A stretch of DNA of 64,000 bases from Actinomycetota bacterium. Its GTDB lineage: Bacteria > Actinomycetota > Acidimicrobiia > Acidimicrobiales > CADCSY01. A model generated the notes under the pieces. That model had not been told where the DNA came from. It saw only the letters and a program-made list of their open reading frames with translations, and made no database searches. The stretch spans positions 1,861-65,860 of the forward strand of contig JADDQY010000126.1 in the NCBI GenBank assembly GCA_016781135.1, in the 5' to 3' direction. Below are positions 62,597 through 64,000 of the stretch, in pieces; positions within the stretch are counted from its first letter, which is position 1; each line of letters starts with the position of its first letter. Both the position numbers and the translations under genes were made by a program.

Positions 62597-63969
62597 TCGT
62601 CCACCGTGTCCTCCACTCGTTCCCACGCCTTGCGGGCTGCGATGAGAACCGGGTCCCACACCGGGGAGTACGGCGGGGAGTAGGAGAGGTCGAGGTTGAG
62701 GATCTCGTCGACGCCGAGGCCGCTCCACAACACCGCCGCCAAGACGTCGATCCGCTTGGCCGCCCCCTCACGCCCCACGATCTGGGCCCCGAGGAGGCGT
62801 CCGGTTCCCTTCTCGACCACCAGCTTCGTCTTGATCGGCTGCGCCCCGGGGTAGTAGCCGGCCCGGGTGGTGGAGTCGACGACGACGCCCAGGGGTTCGA
62901 ATCCGGCCCCGGGCGCCTCGGATTCGCGCAGCCCCGTCCGGGCCACCTCCCATTCGCAGACCTTGGTGACCGCAGTCCCGATCACGCCCGGGAACGCGGC
63001 GTCCCCACCGCCAATGTTGATCCCGGCCACCCTTCCCTCCTTGTTGGCGTGGGTCCCGAGAGCGATGCTGACCGGGCCTCGGGAGATGCGGTGGAACTTC
63101 TCGGCACAGTCGCCTGCCGCCCACACGCCCTCGATGGTCGTCCGCATGCGGCGGTCGACGCGAATGCCACCGCTCGGCCCGTTGGGGATTCCTGCGGCGA
63201 CGGCGAGAGTGGTGCTCGGGCGAACGCCAAGGCCGAGGACCACGATGTCGGCCGGGATGGATCGTCGTTCGGTGACCACGGCGGTGACCCGGCCCTGGCG
63301 GGCGTCAAAGCCCACCACTTCCTCCCCGCTGTGGACGGAGATCCCCATCTTCCGCATGGCATCGGCGACGAGGACCCCCATGTCAGGGTCGAGGGTTGGC
63401 ATGGGCTGAGAGTCCCGGTGGACGACAGACACGTCGAGGCCCTGCATCTTGAAAGCTTCGGCCATCTCCAGGCCGATGTAGCCAGCCCCGACGACGACGG
63501 CGCGCCGAGGTTCTTCCTCGTCGAATGCACGCCGCACGGCGAGGCCGTCCTCGAGGGTCTGCACTCCGAATATGCCCTTTGCCTCGGCACCGGGGAGCGG
63601 GGGCCGCAATGGCTCTCCGCCAGTCGCCACCAACAGCTGGTCGAAGCCCTCCCAGTGCTCCTCTCCGTTCTCGAGGTTCCGGGCTCGCACCGCTCCTCGG
63701 CCCAGGTCGACCTCGGTCACCTCGTGGCGAATCCGGACGTCGACGGCGTAGGCGTCACGGAAGGTCTCGGGGGAGCGGGCGATGAGCTGCTCGGCGCGGG
63801 GGACGAGACCACCGAGGAAGTACGGGATGCCGCAGGCGGAGTACGAGGTGAACCTCCCCCGCTCGAAGGCGACGATCTCCAGGTCGTCCGCTCCTCGGCG
63901 CCGACGGGCCTGGGACGCCGCGCTCATGCCTGCTGCATCCCCTCCTATCACGACCAGCCGCTCAGCCAC
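62587..63969 (-). CDS. FAD-dependent pyridine nucleotide-disulfide oxidoreductase (CoA-disulfide reductase / NADH oxidase type)
   Basis: 460 aa. VVIGGDAAGMSAA (FAD), single redox Cys in SYSACGIPY, second Rossmann VVVGAGYIGLEMAE. Confidence 0.8.
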   Translation of the reverse strand: MAERLVVIGGDAAGMSAASQARRRRGADDLEIVAFERGRFTSYSACGIPYFLGGLVPRAEQLIARSPETFRDAYAVDVRIRHEVTEVDLGRGAVRARNLENGEEHWEGFDQLLVATGGEPLRPPLPGAEAKGIFGVQTLEDGLAVRRAFDEEEPRRAVVVGAGYIGLEMAEAFKMQGLDVSVVHRDSQPMPTLDPDMGVLVADAMRKMGISVHSGEEVVGFDARQGRVTAVVTERRSIPADIVVLGLGVRPSTTLAVAAGIPNGPSGGIRVDRRMRTTIEGVWAAGDCAEKFHRISRGPVSIALGTHANKEGRVAGINIGGGDAAFPGVIGTAVTKVCEWEVARTGLRESEAPGAGFEPLGVVVDSTTRAGYYPGAQPIKTKLVVEKGTGRLLGAQIVGREGAAKRIDVLAAVLWSGLGVDEILNLDLSYSPPYSPVWDPVLIAARKAWERVEDTVDECR

Positions 63970-64000
63970 GCGACCCGAGGACCCTTCGCTCGGTGCTCGT

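Overview
High-GC (about 65-75% in hand-counted 60-nt lines), actinobacterium-like chromosomal segment. Family calls come from motifs read by eye in the supplied translations; no searches were run. Three blocks stand out. (1) Bases ~329-19333 look like an integrase/tRNA-Arg(CCT)-anchored defence island. It carries a complete type-1-order BREX operon (brxA-brxB-brxC-pglX-pglZ-brxL) with a leading brxE-like gene, a co-transcribed GmrSD/BrxU-like nuclease, and a divergent uncharacterised three-gene operon (TIGR04255-like / XRE-HTH / unknown). The BrxL carries a C-terminal AlbA_2 (Schlafen-like) domain where a Lon protease domain is expected. pglX contains a ~1.1 kb low-GC segment downstream of the NPPF motif. 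(2) Bases ~35.7-47.1 kb hold a compact divergent NRPS cluster: GT1, MbtH-like, Ldh_2 dehydrogenase, aminotransferase, an A-T-C protein, and a single 1026-aa ORF that fuses a C domain, a remnant A sub-domain, a degenerate carrier domain and an ABC-exporter ATPase, followed by an ABC-2 permease. (3) The rest is backbone: DNA ligase, sugar hydrolases, stress and thiol-redox genes, and ABC/FtsX. At least seven backbone genes are broken by frameshifts or in-frame stops, whereas the long island and NRPS ORFs are intact. No rRNA, CRISPR array or transposase was seen. Many long ORFs in the track are out-of-frame or antisense shadows typical of high-GC DNA and were not called.
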